Of a DNA stretch of 64,000 nt, positions 37,931 to 46,782 are shown piece by piece. A program made the position numbers and the translations under genes. The stretch's first letter is position 1, and the number at the start of each line of letters is the position of its first letter. A model generated the notes under the pieces. That model made no database searches, had not been told where the DNA came from, and worked only from the letters and a program-made list of their open reading frames with translations. This stretch comes from Thermodesulfobacteriota bacterium (GTDB taxonomy: Bacteria > Desulfobacterota > Desulfobacteria > Desulfobacterales > SURF-7), in the NCBI GenBank assembly GCA_049320885.1, contig JBMORA010000027.1, forward strand, positions 1-64,000, given 5' to 3'.

Positions 37931-39184
37931 ATGACCATGAAGGATGTGCTGGGGTTGATCATGGGCGGCGGTCAGGGGGCGCGCCTGTATCCGCTGACCA
38001 AGATGCGCGCCAAACCCGCCGTGCCCCTGGCGGGCAAATACCGCCTGATCGATATTCCCATCAGCAACTGCCTGAATGCCGGCATCGATAAAATCGCCAT
38101 TTTGACACAGTTCAACTCGGTCTCCCTTCACCGCCATATCCAGCAGACCTATGCCCGGGACATGTTTTCCGGCGGCTGGGTGCAAATCCTGGCCGCCGAG
38201 CAGACCCCCGAGAGCGCCAACTGGTACCAGGGAACGGCGGACGCCGTCCGCAAGCAATTACTGGAAATCAGGGCCGCCCGCACCAAATATGTCCTGATTC
38301 TGGCGGGCGATCATCTGTACAACATGGATTACCGGGAATTTGTCCGGCATCATATCGACACCCGGGCCGATATCACCATGGCGGTCCAGCCGGTGGGGGT
38401 TGAGCTGGCCCCGGGCCTGGGAATCCTGAAATGCGACGCCGGCGGGCGGATTCGCGATTTCATCGAAAAACCGCGCCCGGAGATTCTTCCGGGCCTGGCC
38501 AGCACGGACGACCCGGAAACCCCGTTTCTGGCATCCATGGGAATTTACGTGTTTCACACGGATCTGCTGCTGGAAATATTGAAGGCCGAGGGGGACGATT
38601 TCGGCAAGCACATCATTCCCGGTATGATCGCCGGCTACCGGGTGATGGGGTATGTGTATGACGGTTATTGGGCGGATATCGGCACCATCCGCCGTTTTTA
38701 CGAAGTGAACCTGGAAATGGCTTCGCCGGAACGCCCCTTCGATTTCTACAGCCCCGACCGGCCGGTCTACAGCCGCGCCCGCTCCCTGCCGGCGTCCGAG
38801 GTTCACGGGGCCTGGTTGAGACATGCCCTGCTGGCCGACGGCTGCCGGGTGGAGAAAGCGGAGATCACCCAATCGGTCATCGGTCTGCGCTGCCTCATCG
38901 GGGAAGAAGCCGTGATCCGTTCCTCCATCATCATGGGGGCGGACTACTATGAAACCGCGATCGACCGGGTAGAGAACAGGCGGCTGGGGCGACCCGACAT
39001 CGGCATCGGCCGGGGGGCTCATCTGGAAGCCGCCATCATCGACAAGAATGCCCGCATCGGGCAGCATGTGCGCATCCGCCATCTGCCGGACCGGCCGGAT
39101 ATGGAAACCGAAAACTGGGCGGCCCGGGATGGCTTGGTGGTGGTGCTCAAGGACGCCGTCATTGCGGATCATACCGTGATTTGA
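37931..39184 (+). CDS. glgC: Glucose-1-phosphate adenylyltransferase
   Basis: GGGQGARLYPLT..RAKPAVP, WYQGTADAVR, FIEKP, ASMGIY, DFGK. Confidence 0.95.
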   Translation: MTMKDVLGLIMGGGQGARLYPLTKMRAKPAVPLAGKYRLIDIPISNCLNAGIDKIAILTQFNSVSLHRHIQQTYARDMFSGGWVQILAAEQTPESANWYQGTADAVRKQLLEIRAARTKYVLILAGDHLYNMDYREFVRHHIDTRADITMAVQPVGVELAPGLGILKCDAGGRIRDFIEKPRPEILPGLASTDDPETPFLASMGIYVFHTDLLLEILKAEGDDFGKHIIPGMIAGYRVMGYVYDGYWADIGTIRRFYEVNLEMASPERPFDFYSPDRPVYSRARSLPASEVHGAWLRHALLADGCRVEKAEITQSVIGLRCLIGEEAVIRSSIIMGADYYETAIDRVENRRLGRPDIGIGRGAHLEAAIIDKNARIGQHVRIRHLPDRPDMETENWAARDGLVVVLKDAVIADHTVI

Positions 39185-39208
39185 CATACGAACCAGTTGG
39201 GGATCGGG

Positions 39209-40648
39209 ATGAAAATCGTATATGTTTCTCCGGAAATCGCGCCTTTTTCCAAGACCGGAGGCCTGGCCGACGTGGCCCAGGCCCTGCCCAAGGCCCTGCG
39301 GGCCCTGGGGCACGACGTCCGCAGCGTCATGCCCAAATATCCTTCCGTGACGCGAATCCGTGCGGTCCTGGAACCCGCGGCCGCTTTTCCCGTGGTCATG
39401 CACAACGGCCTCCAGTCCGCCGTTGCATGGCAAAGCGATAACGGCGGCGTGCCCATTTATTTCATCGAAAACGAGGTGTATTTCAACCGCGACGGCAATT
39501 ACGGCCTCGGCAACTGGGATTACCCCGACAACCTGGAACGCTTTGTCTTTTTCTGCAAGGCCGTTCTGGAACTCTGCAAAGCCATGGATTTCCGGCCGGA
39601 TGTGATCCACTGCAACGACTGGCAGACCGCGCCGCTGCCGGCCCTCCTGAAATTGGTGTATCGCCAATACCGGAGCGATTCCTTCTTCACCGACAGTCCC
39701 TGCCGGGTGGTTTTCTCGATTCACAATATCGCCTATCAGGGGCTTTTCCCCCAGGAGCAATGGCCGGTATTGACCATACCCCGCGGCTATTACGTCAACG
39801 ACTTCGAATATTACGGCCGGATCAATCTCATGAAAAGCGCCATCATCCATGCGGACAAGATCCATACCGTGAGCGAGACCTACGCCCGCGAAATCCAGAC
39901 CACCGAATTCGGCTTCGGTCTCCAGGGGGTGCTCTGGAACCGCCGGGAGGATCTGCGGGGAATTCTCAACGGAGCGGATTACCAGGAATGGGACCCGGCC
40001 GTGGATCCCCACACCTACGGCATCCGCTATTCCGCGGACGACATGGGCGGCAAGCGCCTCATCAAGTCCCGCCTGCTGGCGGATTACGGTCTGCCGGAAC
40101 GGGACGGCGTTCCCCTCATCGGCATGACCACCCGTTTCGTGGCCCAGAAGGGGCTCGACCTGTTGACCGCCTGCGCCGAGGGGATTCTGCACCTGGATAC
40201 CCGGCTGATCGTCCTGGGCGAGGGGGAGCACCGGTATCATGATTTTTTTGAATGGCTGCTGCGAACGCATCCGGACCGGGTGGGGTTGTACATCGGTTAC
40301 AACGATGAGCTGGCCCACCGGATCCAGGCCGGCGCCGACATGTTTCTCATGCCGTCGCATTTTGAACCCTGCGGTCTGACCCAGATCTACAGTTTGAAAT
40401 ACGGCACCCTGCCCATCGTCCGGCTGACCGGTGGACTGGCCGACACCATCCAGGACGGTGTCAACGGCTTCACCTTCTTCGACTACCACCCCCATTTCTT
40501 GTATGAGACGGTCCGGCGGGCCTGCGACACCTACCGGAACCGTCCGGATCAATGGGAAGGGATGATGCGGACCGCCATGGGGCAGGATTTTTCCTGGCGG
40601 CGGTCGGCGGAGAAAATTGTGGCGCTGTACGGAGAGGGCAAGAATTGA
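39209..40648 (+). CDS. glgA: Glycogen synthase
   Basis: KTGGLADV, HCNDWQ, IHNIAYQG, EPCGLTQ, TGGLADT. Confidence 0.95.
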   Translation: MKIVYVSPEIAPFSKTGGLADVAQALPKALRALGHDVRSVMPKYPSVTRIRAVLEPAAAFPVVMHNGLQSAVAWQSDNGGVPIYFIENEVYFNRDGNYGLGNWDYPDNLERFVFFCKAVLELCKAMDFRPDVIHCNDWQTAPLPALLKLVYRQYRSDSFFTDSPCRVVFSIHNIAYQGLFPQEQWPVLTIPRGYYVNDFEYYGRINLMKSAIIHADKIHTVSETYAREIQTTEFGFGLQGVLWNRREDLRGILNGADYQEWDPAVDPHTYGIRYSADDMGGKRLIKSRLLADYGLPERDGVPLIGMTTRFVAQKGLDLLTACAEGILHLDTRLIVLGEGEHRYHDFFEWLLRTHPDRVGLYIGYNDELAHRIQAGADMFLMPSHFEPCGLTQIYSLKYGTLPIVRLTGGLADTIQDGVNGFTFFDYHPHFLYETVRRACDTYRNRPDQWEGMMRTAMGQDFSWRRSAEKIVALYGEGKN

Positions 40649-40656
40649 CAATGAGG

Positions 40657-40680
40657 AATTACGAATTACGAATTACGAAT
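40657..40680 (+). repeat. AATTACG heptamer tandem element, copy 4
   Basis: (AATTACG)3 AAT preceded by AATGAGG. Confidence 0.85.
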
Positions 40681-40753
40681 GAAGGATGGGGATCAATAAG
40701 ATAAGACGACAACCTAAAACCGGTCAACTGATCAACCGGACGATGGGAGTGCG

Positions 40754-41518
40754 ATGTTTATCGTCAAAAAAATCATTACGGCGTTTGTGCTGCCTCCGGG
40801 GCTGATTATCCTGGCCCTGCTGATCGTCGGCGGGAGACTGATACGGAAAAAACAAAGCCGGGCCGCGGGGGGGTTAGTCCTTTTTCTGGGGCTTCTGCTG
40901 TGGGCCGCATCCGTATCCCCGGTGTCCGACCATCTGGTCCGGGGGCTCGAGGAGGGGCAGGCCATTCCGCGGCAGGTCGGCGGGGACGTGATCATTCTGC
41001 TGGGAGGCGCCAATATCGATGAAGCGCTGGATATGACCGGCAAGGGATTCCCGGGCGGCGACACGCTGGCGCGGATGGTGACGGCGGTGCGGTTGCAGCG
41101 GCGCCTGGATATTCCGGTGCTCATCGCCAGCGGCCGGGTGTTTCCGGACAGAATGGCCGGCGCGCTGGTGGTCAAGCGCCTGATGATGGATCTGGGAGTT
41201 CCCGCAGAGCGGATTTTCCTGGAGGAGAAAAGCCGGGACACCCTGGAAAACGCCTTTTACAGCATCGAGATTTGCCGGGAACATGGCTGGCGGGAGCCTG
41301 TCCTGCTGACCTCGTCGGCGCATATGAAGCGGTCCGTGATGCTCTTCGAGCGTTACGGCCTGAAAACAACGCCATACCCGGCCTATCTCGTAGCCGGCGA
41401 ACCCGTCGTCCATCGCTGGCGCGATTACCTGCCAAGAGCCGACGCCCTGGCCGAAACCGCGGCGGCCCTCCATGAATATCTGGGGATTGTATATTATCGT
41501 CTGGTGCACCGGTCATGA
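40754..41518 (+). CDS. YdcF/DUF218 (ElyC-like) membrane protein
   Basis: Two N-terminal TMs; ILLGG, EEKSRDTLENA, LTSSAHMKRS, HEYLG. Confidence 0.88.
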   Translation: MFIVKKIITAFVLPPGLIILALLIVGGRLIRKKQSRAAGGLVLFLGLLLWAASVSPVSDHLVRGLEEGQAIPRQVGGDVIILLGGANIDEALDMTGKGFPGGDTLARMVTAVRLQRRLDIPVLIASGRVFPDRMAGALVVKRLMMDLGVPAERIFLEEKSRDTLENAFYSIEICREHGWREPVLLTSSAHMKRSVMLFERYGLKTTPYPAYLVAGEPVVHRWRDYLPRADALAETAAALHEYLGIVYYRLVHRS

Positions 41519-41577
41519 TCCCGGCGGCCTGTTCTCTCCGGCCGCCGGGCCTTGGTTATTGACGGACCTCGGCGTCT

Positions 41578-42627
41578 TCAGGTGGAAAGGGTTTTGATGA
41601 GCACGCTCAGGTAAAAGCGGGCATGGCTGATATGGGCCGCCATGTTGGCCCGGTGATTGGCGAAGATGCTGTTCAGGCCGCTGTTGAGCACGATGACCGG
41701 ATCCACATGCCCCGCATGATGGCAGGATTCGATGGCGTGATGCAGGTCGCTGAGGCAGTTCCGGCGTTCCAGGGTCGCGTTGAAGTCCTTCTCCACCGCC
41801 TCCAGAATGGTGGCCATGGTGCTGGCCACGCCTTTGGAATAGTACAGATAATCGTCGGCCCTGAAAAAGCTGACCTCACTGCCGTTCTTTTCCGTGGCCT
41901 TGACCAGGTTGTCGTCACAAGAGCCCAGGAGATGCTCGAACTCGGCCAGGAGGGGGATCAGGTTGTCGGCCCGGGTATAAAAAGCGGCCTCGCCTTTCCG
42001 CAGTTTTTCCATGTAGGTCTCCAGTTCCTCCAGTCCGTCCTCATATTTCCGTTCCGGAGAGGGGAACCAGTAGCGCACCGCTTCCACCATGAAGCAGGAG
42101 CTGCGCGCGTTCTCCAGATTCTTGTCGAAGGCGGCCGTGCTGCCCGTGCGGGAGATGTTTTCCGTCAGCCGTTCCACGGTGCGCCGGGTGGTTTCAATGA
42201 CTCCCAACTGGAAATTGTTGATGTTGTCGGTAAAATCCAGAATATCGTTGGGACGCCAGCCCCAGAAGCGTTCGTCCAGTTCATGCCGCATGGGCGCAAT
42301 GACCGCCTGGACGAAGGCGATTCCCACGAAATCGTTTTCCGACAGGGCGGGCGTGAACGGCGTCACGGGAGTGATCTCCGGCTTCGAATGGGCGGAAGGC
42401 TGGGCGTGACCGGCGGGTTCCGGCGCCTCGCCGGCGGGTTCCGGGGCGCCGACGTGTTCCGCCCGGGGGGGGGCCAGATCCGCCGGCTTTGAAAAGCTGA
42501 GCACCAGCCCCACGATCCATATTCCTGTTACGGCAAGCAAAACGACGACGATCATCCGCTTGGTGGCATAGCGTTTAAATCCGGTTCCCTTGGCAGCGCC
42601 ATTGTCAATGCTGTTTCCCTGTTCCAT
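41578..42627 (-). CDS. DUF2333-like membrane-anchored protein
   Basis: N-terminal TM; GWRPND, DNINNFQLG, FYTRADNL, ANHRAN. Confidence 0.7.
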   Translation of the reverse strand: MEQGNSIDNGAAKGTGFKRYATKRMIVVVLLAVTGIWIVGLVLSFSKPADLAPPRAEHVGAPEPAGEAPEPAGHAQPSAHSKPEITPVTPFTPALSENDFVGIAFVQAVIAPMRHELDERFWGWRPNDILDFTDNINNFQLGVIETTRRTVERLTENISRTGSTAAFDKNLENARSSCFMVEAVRYWFPSPERKYEDGLEELETYMEKLRKGEAAFYTRADNLIPLLAEFEHLLGSCDDNLVKATEKNGSEVSFFRADDYLYYSKGVASTMATILEAVEKDFNATLERRNCLSDLHHAIESCHHAGHVDPVIVLNSGLNSIFANHRANMAAHISHARFYLSVLIKTLST

Positions 42628-42811
42628 GGTAACTCCGTTCTGTGATGATTATCGGGTATGGGCATATGTACCCCGCTCCGACGATTCTGTCAATCGGCGG
42701 AGAGAAGTTCGTCATCGGCGGACGGACATGCCTGCTTCCACCTTTGATCCACGGTGTTCTCGGTTTATCGGCCTGGGGTGTTGCCGCCGTTCCTCCTTTC
42801 CTGCGCCGCCC

Positions 42812-44722
42812 TCAGGCGTTGCGGAGCTTCCGCAGATCGCCCACCCGGATGGTGACGTTCTGGGAGTCGAAAAATTCGAGCAGCGGAATAAGGTATTTCC
42901 GCGACACCTCGGTCATTTCCTTGAATTGCGGAGTCGAGAGTTCCCCCTTCGCCTTCAGGAAATCCACCAGCCGTGTTTTCAGGGACTCGATGGCCAGGCG
43001 GTGAAAATAGAGATCCTCCTTGACCTTGACGATCTCCCGCTGCTCCACCAGCAGCAGGAGTACGGCTTTGGCCGTGGCCGCGTCGATCTCGAGGGTTTTG
43101 CTCAGTTCCGTGAAATAGGGGGGGCTCAATTCCGCGGATTTATAAATGGCGACGATTTTCCGGCTCACTTCGGCCTGGTCGACGGCCAGGGAGACCGCAT
43201 GGTCGGCCAGGCGCACGCTGTCCTCGGCCTGGACGATCCGGCCGGACTTGACCAGCTGGCCCATCACCAGGTTGATCAGTTTGGCGTCGGGTTTTTCCGG
43301 CAGTTTCGACCGGAGTTCCTCCCGGGGCATACCGCCCTTCAGCGGGTTTTTCTTGTGATACTGCTCCAGGATCCCGATACAGGCGGTCTGCAATTCCCCG
43401 AAAGCGTCTCCATGCAGGAAAACCCGGTTCTCCTTGTCGATCTGGATGAGATGTTTCCGCGAGAGCAGCCCGGATATGGCGGTCTGGAGCTGTTTTTCCG
43501 GCAGGTTGGTCATGAGGATCAGGTCGGTGAAGGATACGCCGGCGAACCTCGCCTGTCCGGCATGAAATTCGATGAGGGCCTCCGCCGGGCCGTCGATCAG
43601 TTTTTCCAGACCGGCGATGATCTCCGGCTTGAAGCGTTTGTATTTGACGGGAATGGGATTCAGGACCTGGCCGCCGCCGATGGTGCGCACCGGGGAATAG
43701 CTCCGGATGACGAAGCGGTCCTGCTTGACCAGGGACACCGGCGTGTCCAGCCGGATCTGGACGATGGCCGTTTCCCCCGGCGCCAGCTCCTCCCGGTCCA
43801 GCAGGATGATGTTGCCCATGATTTCGCTGGTGCCGGTATGGAAGCGGACCCGGGTGCGGTTTTTCATGGGTTTTTCATTGCTGGACAGAAACTGAAGCTG
43901 CAGGTCGATCATGTAACCGGGCTTGAGGGTGTCCGGTCTGGCCAGGACATCGCCCCGGTTTACGGCGGTTTTTTCCAGGCCCTGGAAATTGATGGCCGTC
44001 CGCATGCCGCTGAAGGCGGTTTCGACGCTCTGGTTGTGGACCTGAATGCCGCGGACCTTGGAGGTGATCCGGGAGGGATACACCATGATGGTCTCCCCCA
44101 CGGCGATCCGGCCGGAAATCAGGCTGCCGGTGATCACCGTGCCGAAGCCCTTCATGCTGAAAACCCGGTCCACCGGCAGACGGAACAGGGTGGAGACCTC
44201 CTGGTCCGGTATCCGGGCGCTCAGTTGGTCCAGGGCGGTCAGCAGTTCCGGCAGGCCCTGGCCGGTAATGGAGGAAACGTTGACAATCGGCGCGCCTTCC
44301 AGGAAGGTGCCGCGCACGAAATCCCGCACGTCTTCGGTGGCCAGTTCCAGCATCTCCTCGTCCACCATGTCGACCTTGGTCAGCACCACCAGTCCGTAGC
44401 GGATATCCAGCAGGGAGCAGATTTCCATGTGTTCGCGGGTCTGGGGCATGACGCCTTCGTCGGCCGCGATGACCATGGCCACCAGATCGATGCCGGTGGC
44501 GCCGGCCACCATGTTTTTCACGAATTTCTCATGGCCCGGGACGTCCACGATGCCCAGGTGCTGACCGCTGGGCAGATCCAGGGCCGCAAACCCCAACTCG
44601 ATGGTGATGCCCCGCTCTTTTTCTTCCTTCAGGCGGTCCGTGTCCGTGCCGGTGAGGGCCTTGATCAGGCTGGTCTTGCCGTGATCGATGTGGCCGGCGG
44701 TTCCGAGAATGATCTGCTTCAT
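42812..44722 (-). CDS. selB: Selenocysteine-specific elongation factor
   Basis: [31 protein letters not shown]-terminal winged-helix [13 protein letters not shown]; alternative start 44737. Confidence 0.95.
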   Translation of the reverse strand: MKQIILGTAGHIDHGKTSLIKALTGTDTDRLKEEKERGITIELGFAALDLPSGQHLGIVDVPGHEKFVKNMVAGATGIDLVAMVIAADEGVMPQTREHMEICSLLDIRYGLVVLTKVDMVDEEMLELATEDVRDFVRGTFLEGAPIVNVSSITGQGLPELLTALDQLSARIPDQEVSTLFRLPVDRVFSMKGFGTVITGSLISGRIAVGETIMVYPSRITSKVRGIQVHNQSVETAFSGMRTAINFQGLEKTAVNRGDVLARPDTLKPGYMIDLQLQFLSSNEKPMKNRTRVRFHTGTSEIMGNIILLDREELAPGETAIVQIRLDTPVSLVKQDRFVIRSYSPVRTIGGGQVLNPIPVKYKRFKPEIIAGLEKLIDGPAEALIEFHAGQARFAGVSFTDLILMTNLPEKQLQTAISGLLSRKHLIQIDKENRVFLHGDAFGELQTACIGILEQYHKKNPLKGGMPREELRSKLPEKPDAKLINLVMGQLVKSGRIVQAEDSVRLADHAVSLAVDQAEVSRKIVAIYKSAELSPPYFTELSKTLEIDAATAKAVLLLLVEQREIVKVKEDLYFHRLAIESLKTRLVDFLKAKGELSTPQFKEMTEVSRKYLIPLLEFFDSQNVTIRVGDLRKLRNA

Positions 44723-44729
44723 TTGGTTT

Positions 44730-44903
44730 TCAGCCATCCCTGTGCTTTTTGATATATTCAAAATAATAGGCCATTCCCACCATGAAGGCGGCCAGTCCAA
44801 TGGAATACCCGATGGGCTTCTGCGGATAAAACATCCGCACCAGCAGAATGGCGAACATGACACCCAGAACGGCGCGGATCAGAAAAACAGAGAATCGGTG
44901 CAC
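44730..44903 (-). CDS. Small two-TM membrane protein (57 aa), absent from the ORF track
   Basis: GAGGAG RBS, GTG start; (M)HRFSVFLIRAVLGVMFAILLVRMFYPQKPIGYSIGLAAFMVGMAYYFEYIKKHRDG; stop abuts the selB start. Confidence 0.7.
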   Translation of the reverse strand: MHRFSVFLIRAVLGVMFAILLVRMFYPQKPIGYSIGLAAFMVGMAYYFEYIKKHRDG

Positions 44904-45072
44904 ACGGTCTCCTCGGCTTGCGGGACTGAAAACCTATTGGAAATGGACGAAAAAACAATAAACCCGGAGGTAGATTATATAATATGGCCACATCGGTCAA
45001 TACCAAGTTTCCGGCGCGGGATGCTCCCCGGGGCGGCTTTTCGGGAAAAGCGTCCGGCCATGTCGAAATCCC

Positions 45073-45101
45073 TTGAAATGGGTGAAACGATCTGCTAAAA
45101 G
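45073..45101 (+). promoter_or_regulatory. sigma70-type promoter of the tRNA pair
   Basis: TTGAAA, 17 bp, TAAAAG just upstream of tRNA-His. Confidence 0.45.
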
Positions 45102-45115
45102 AATCTATTTTTCAC

Positions 45116-45192
45116 GGTGGGTGTAGCTCAGTTGGCAGAGCACTTGGTTGTGGCCCAAGTGGTCGTGGGTTCAAGTCCCATCACTCACCCCA
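45116..45192 (+). tRNA. tRNA-His(GTG)
   Basis: G-1 plus GTGGGTG/CACTCAC acceptor stem, GTG anticodon, GTTCAA T-loop, encoded CCA. Confidence 0.95.
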
Positions 45193-45248
45193 CAAGCCGA
45201 CCGAACCACCGCGGCGGAGCCGATCCCCGCGGTGGTTTTCTCGTCTCC

Positions 45249-45325
45249 GCGCCCGTAGCTCAGCTGGATAGAGCACCGGACTTCGAATCCGTAGGCCGGG
45301 GGTTCGAATCCCTCCGGGCGCGCCA
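45249..45325 (+). tRNA. tRNA-Arg(TCG)
   Basis: GCGCCCG/CGGGCGC acceptor stem, CT-TCG-AA anticodon loop, GTTCGAATC, encoded CCA. Confidence 0.95.
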
Positions 45326-45329
45326 TTTA
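45281..45329 (+). repeat. att core, left copy (3' half of tRNA-Arg)
   Basis: CTTCGAATCCGTAGGCCGGGGGTTCGAATCCCTCCGGGCGCGCCATTTA. Confidence 0.95.
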
Positions 45330-45339
45330 TTTCAATGGG

Positions 45340-46467
45340 TTACAGGGTTGTTGGGCAGACCCCATTTTGCTGGTGTGGGACTTGGTGTGGGACTTTTTTG
45401 GAAACGTCCCCTGAAAAGTGCCTGTCGAAGACACTCATGGCATCCCTTTCCGCATTCCCGATTGAATGAAGATAGATTTCCGTTGTTGTCCTGTTTTCAT
45501 GTCCGAGAATCCGTTGAATGGACCCGATGGGGATGTTTTCCTGATCGAGCATCGATGCGCCGAAATGCCGCAGGGCATGAAAGCGGAAATACCGGACTCC
45601 CGCCTTGTCGCACAGATACCGCATGATCTGGCTTCGATCCTTGTAACGCTTATCGATCCAACTTCGGCTTTTTCTGTCAAAATACCGGTGCCAGAACACC
45701 CAGGGTTTCATTCCATCCCGATTTTCGTAGCGCCGCCGCATGATGTCATACAGGCTGCCGCACATCGGAATCTTGCGGGGCGTTAAATGGCCGCCGCGCT
45801 TTTTGCGGGTGTACAGGATAACCGACCTGGTTTCAAGGTTCACATCCTGCCACGTCAGGCGGTTTATTTCGCTCATTCTGCCCATGGTAAGGGCAATGGT
45901 CCAAAGGTAATCCTGCGTGTCCGTATCGGCCGCTGAAATCACCTTGAGAACGTCTTCTTTCGGCGGTACGTATTTGATCTTCTTTTCCACCGGAAAAAAC
46001 GCAATGCCCCGTGTGGGATTCCGTTGCATCCATTCGCGGGTTGGATGCATGGCGAAATTGAAAAGCGCCCTGAGCATTCTAAGATCCTTGTTGGCGGTAT
46101 AGCCCGATGTCTTGCGAAAACGCTTGAGCAGGAACTCTTGTATCGATGCCGGCGTGATGTCCCCGCACTTACATTTTCCCCATTGCTTGATCCACCGCTT
46201 GGCCAGATAGATATGGTCTGAATAATGCCGTTCCGAATTATACGCTTTCACATAATCCAGGCGGTGATTCACCAGATCCAAGAAGGCCATGTCGGTTGGG
46301 ATCGCCGGTTCCTCGGTCTGAATCTTCGGGTTTTGAATTTCCTCCCTTCTGGTTGCTTCGGCCTGTCTGGCTTCGCGTTTGTTTTTGAATCCGGCTTGCG
46401 TGTAGCGCATGCCGCTCAGGACAAAATCGTAACGCCACGACTTGCCCTTGACCGAAAATACACTCAT
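45340..46467 (-). CDS. Phage-type tyrosine recombinase (integrase)
   Basis: N-terminal arm-binding-like domain (WRYDF...GFKNKREA); catalytic R (GRMSEI), K, HALRH, LGH, Y (EIYLH). Confidence 0.93.
   Translation of the reverse strand: MSVFSVKGKSWRYDFVLSGMRYTQAGFKNKREARQAEATRREEIQNPKIQTEEPAIPTDMAFLDLVNHRLDYVKAYNSERHYSDHIYLAKRWIKQWGKCKCGDITPASIQEFLLKRFRKTSGYTANKDLRMLRALFNFAMHPTREWMQRNPTRGIAFFPVEKKIKYVPPKEDVLKVISAADTDTQDYLWTIALTMGRMSEINRLTWQDVNLETRSVILYTRKKRGGHLTPRKIPMCGSLYDIMRRRYENRDGMKPWVFWHRYFDRKSRSWIDKRYKDRSQIMRYLCDKAGVRYFRFHALRHFGASMLDQENIPIGSIQRILGHENRTTTEIYLHSIGNAERDAMSVFDRHFSGDVSKKVPHQVPHQQNGVCPTTL
45371..45392 (+). repeat. TGGTGTGGGA tandem pair (putative integrase arm-binding sites, left)
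   Basis: 45371-45380 and 45383-45392; same 10-mer recurs near the right att. Confidence 0.7.
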
Positions 46468-46612
46468 AGAGATCCTCCTTATTCGGGAAGAACAGAGAAC
46501 CTCCGAGTTTCCTGCCGCCCAGCGCTTTCCAGTTTTTATAAACCCAACTGTTGCTTTTCCGGAGCAACCGGGCGACCTCCTCGATGGTCATTATGGCCGG
46601 ATCGTTTTTCAT
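46238..46612 (-). CDS. Excisionase-like HTH protein overlapping the integrase 5' end
   Basis: IMTIEEVARLLRKSNSWVYKNW HTH_17-like N-terminus; frame stays open 230 nt into int. Confidence 0.65.
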   Translation of the reverse strand: MKNDPAIMTIEEVARLLRKSNSWVYKNWKALGGRKLGGSLFFPNKEDLYECIFGQGQVVALRFCPERHALHASRIQKQTRSQTGRSNQKGGNSKPEDSDRGTGDPNRHGLLGSGESPPGLCESV

Positions 46613-46782
46613 GTCAATATTTTCGTTCGCCACAATCAAGGTCCATGAGGTCTCGGAGGTTGTTTTTCTTCGTAAATAGGCGGTCTCGCGTCTTCGGTTC
46701 AAAGTAGCATCACCCGCCAACCTGTTCAAGGCCAAGCGTTGTGGCCTTTTTCCGTTCAATTGGGGTATTGCCGCCGCCTGGT

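Noticed and set aside
11036..40680. Heptamer repeats or attC sites as a CRISPR array
   Set aside because: No constant repeats with unique spacers of regular length, and no cas genes.
5192..44752. Long antisense ORFs (e.g. 5192-7381, 25664-27781, 38258-40651, 42590-44752) and the 5' extension of 12140-14056
   Set aside because: Shadow frames of well-supported genes in GC-rich DNA, without recognisable motifs.
45117..45626. 169-aa ORF over the tRNAs
   Set aside because: It overlaps two tRNA genes and the integrase antisense strand; spurious.
45340..46467. Integrase as an integron integrase (IntI)
   Set aside because: It has an N-terminal arm-binding-like domain, sits beside the tRNA att and an xis-like gene, lies at the far end of the array and is co-oriented with the cassettes; I see no IntI-like sequence. 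An HMM test would settle it.
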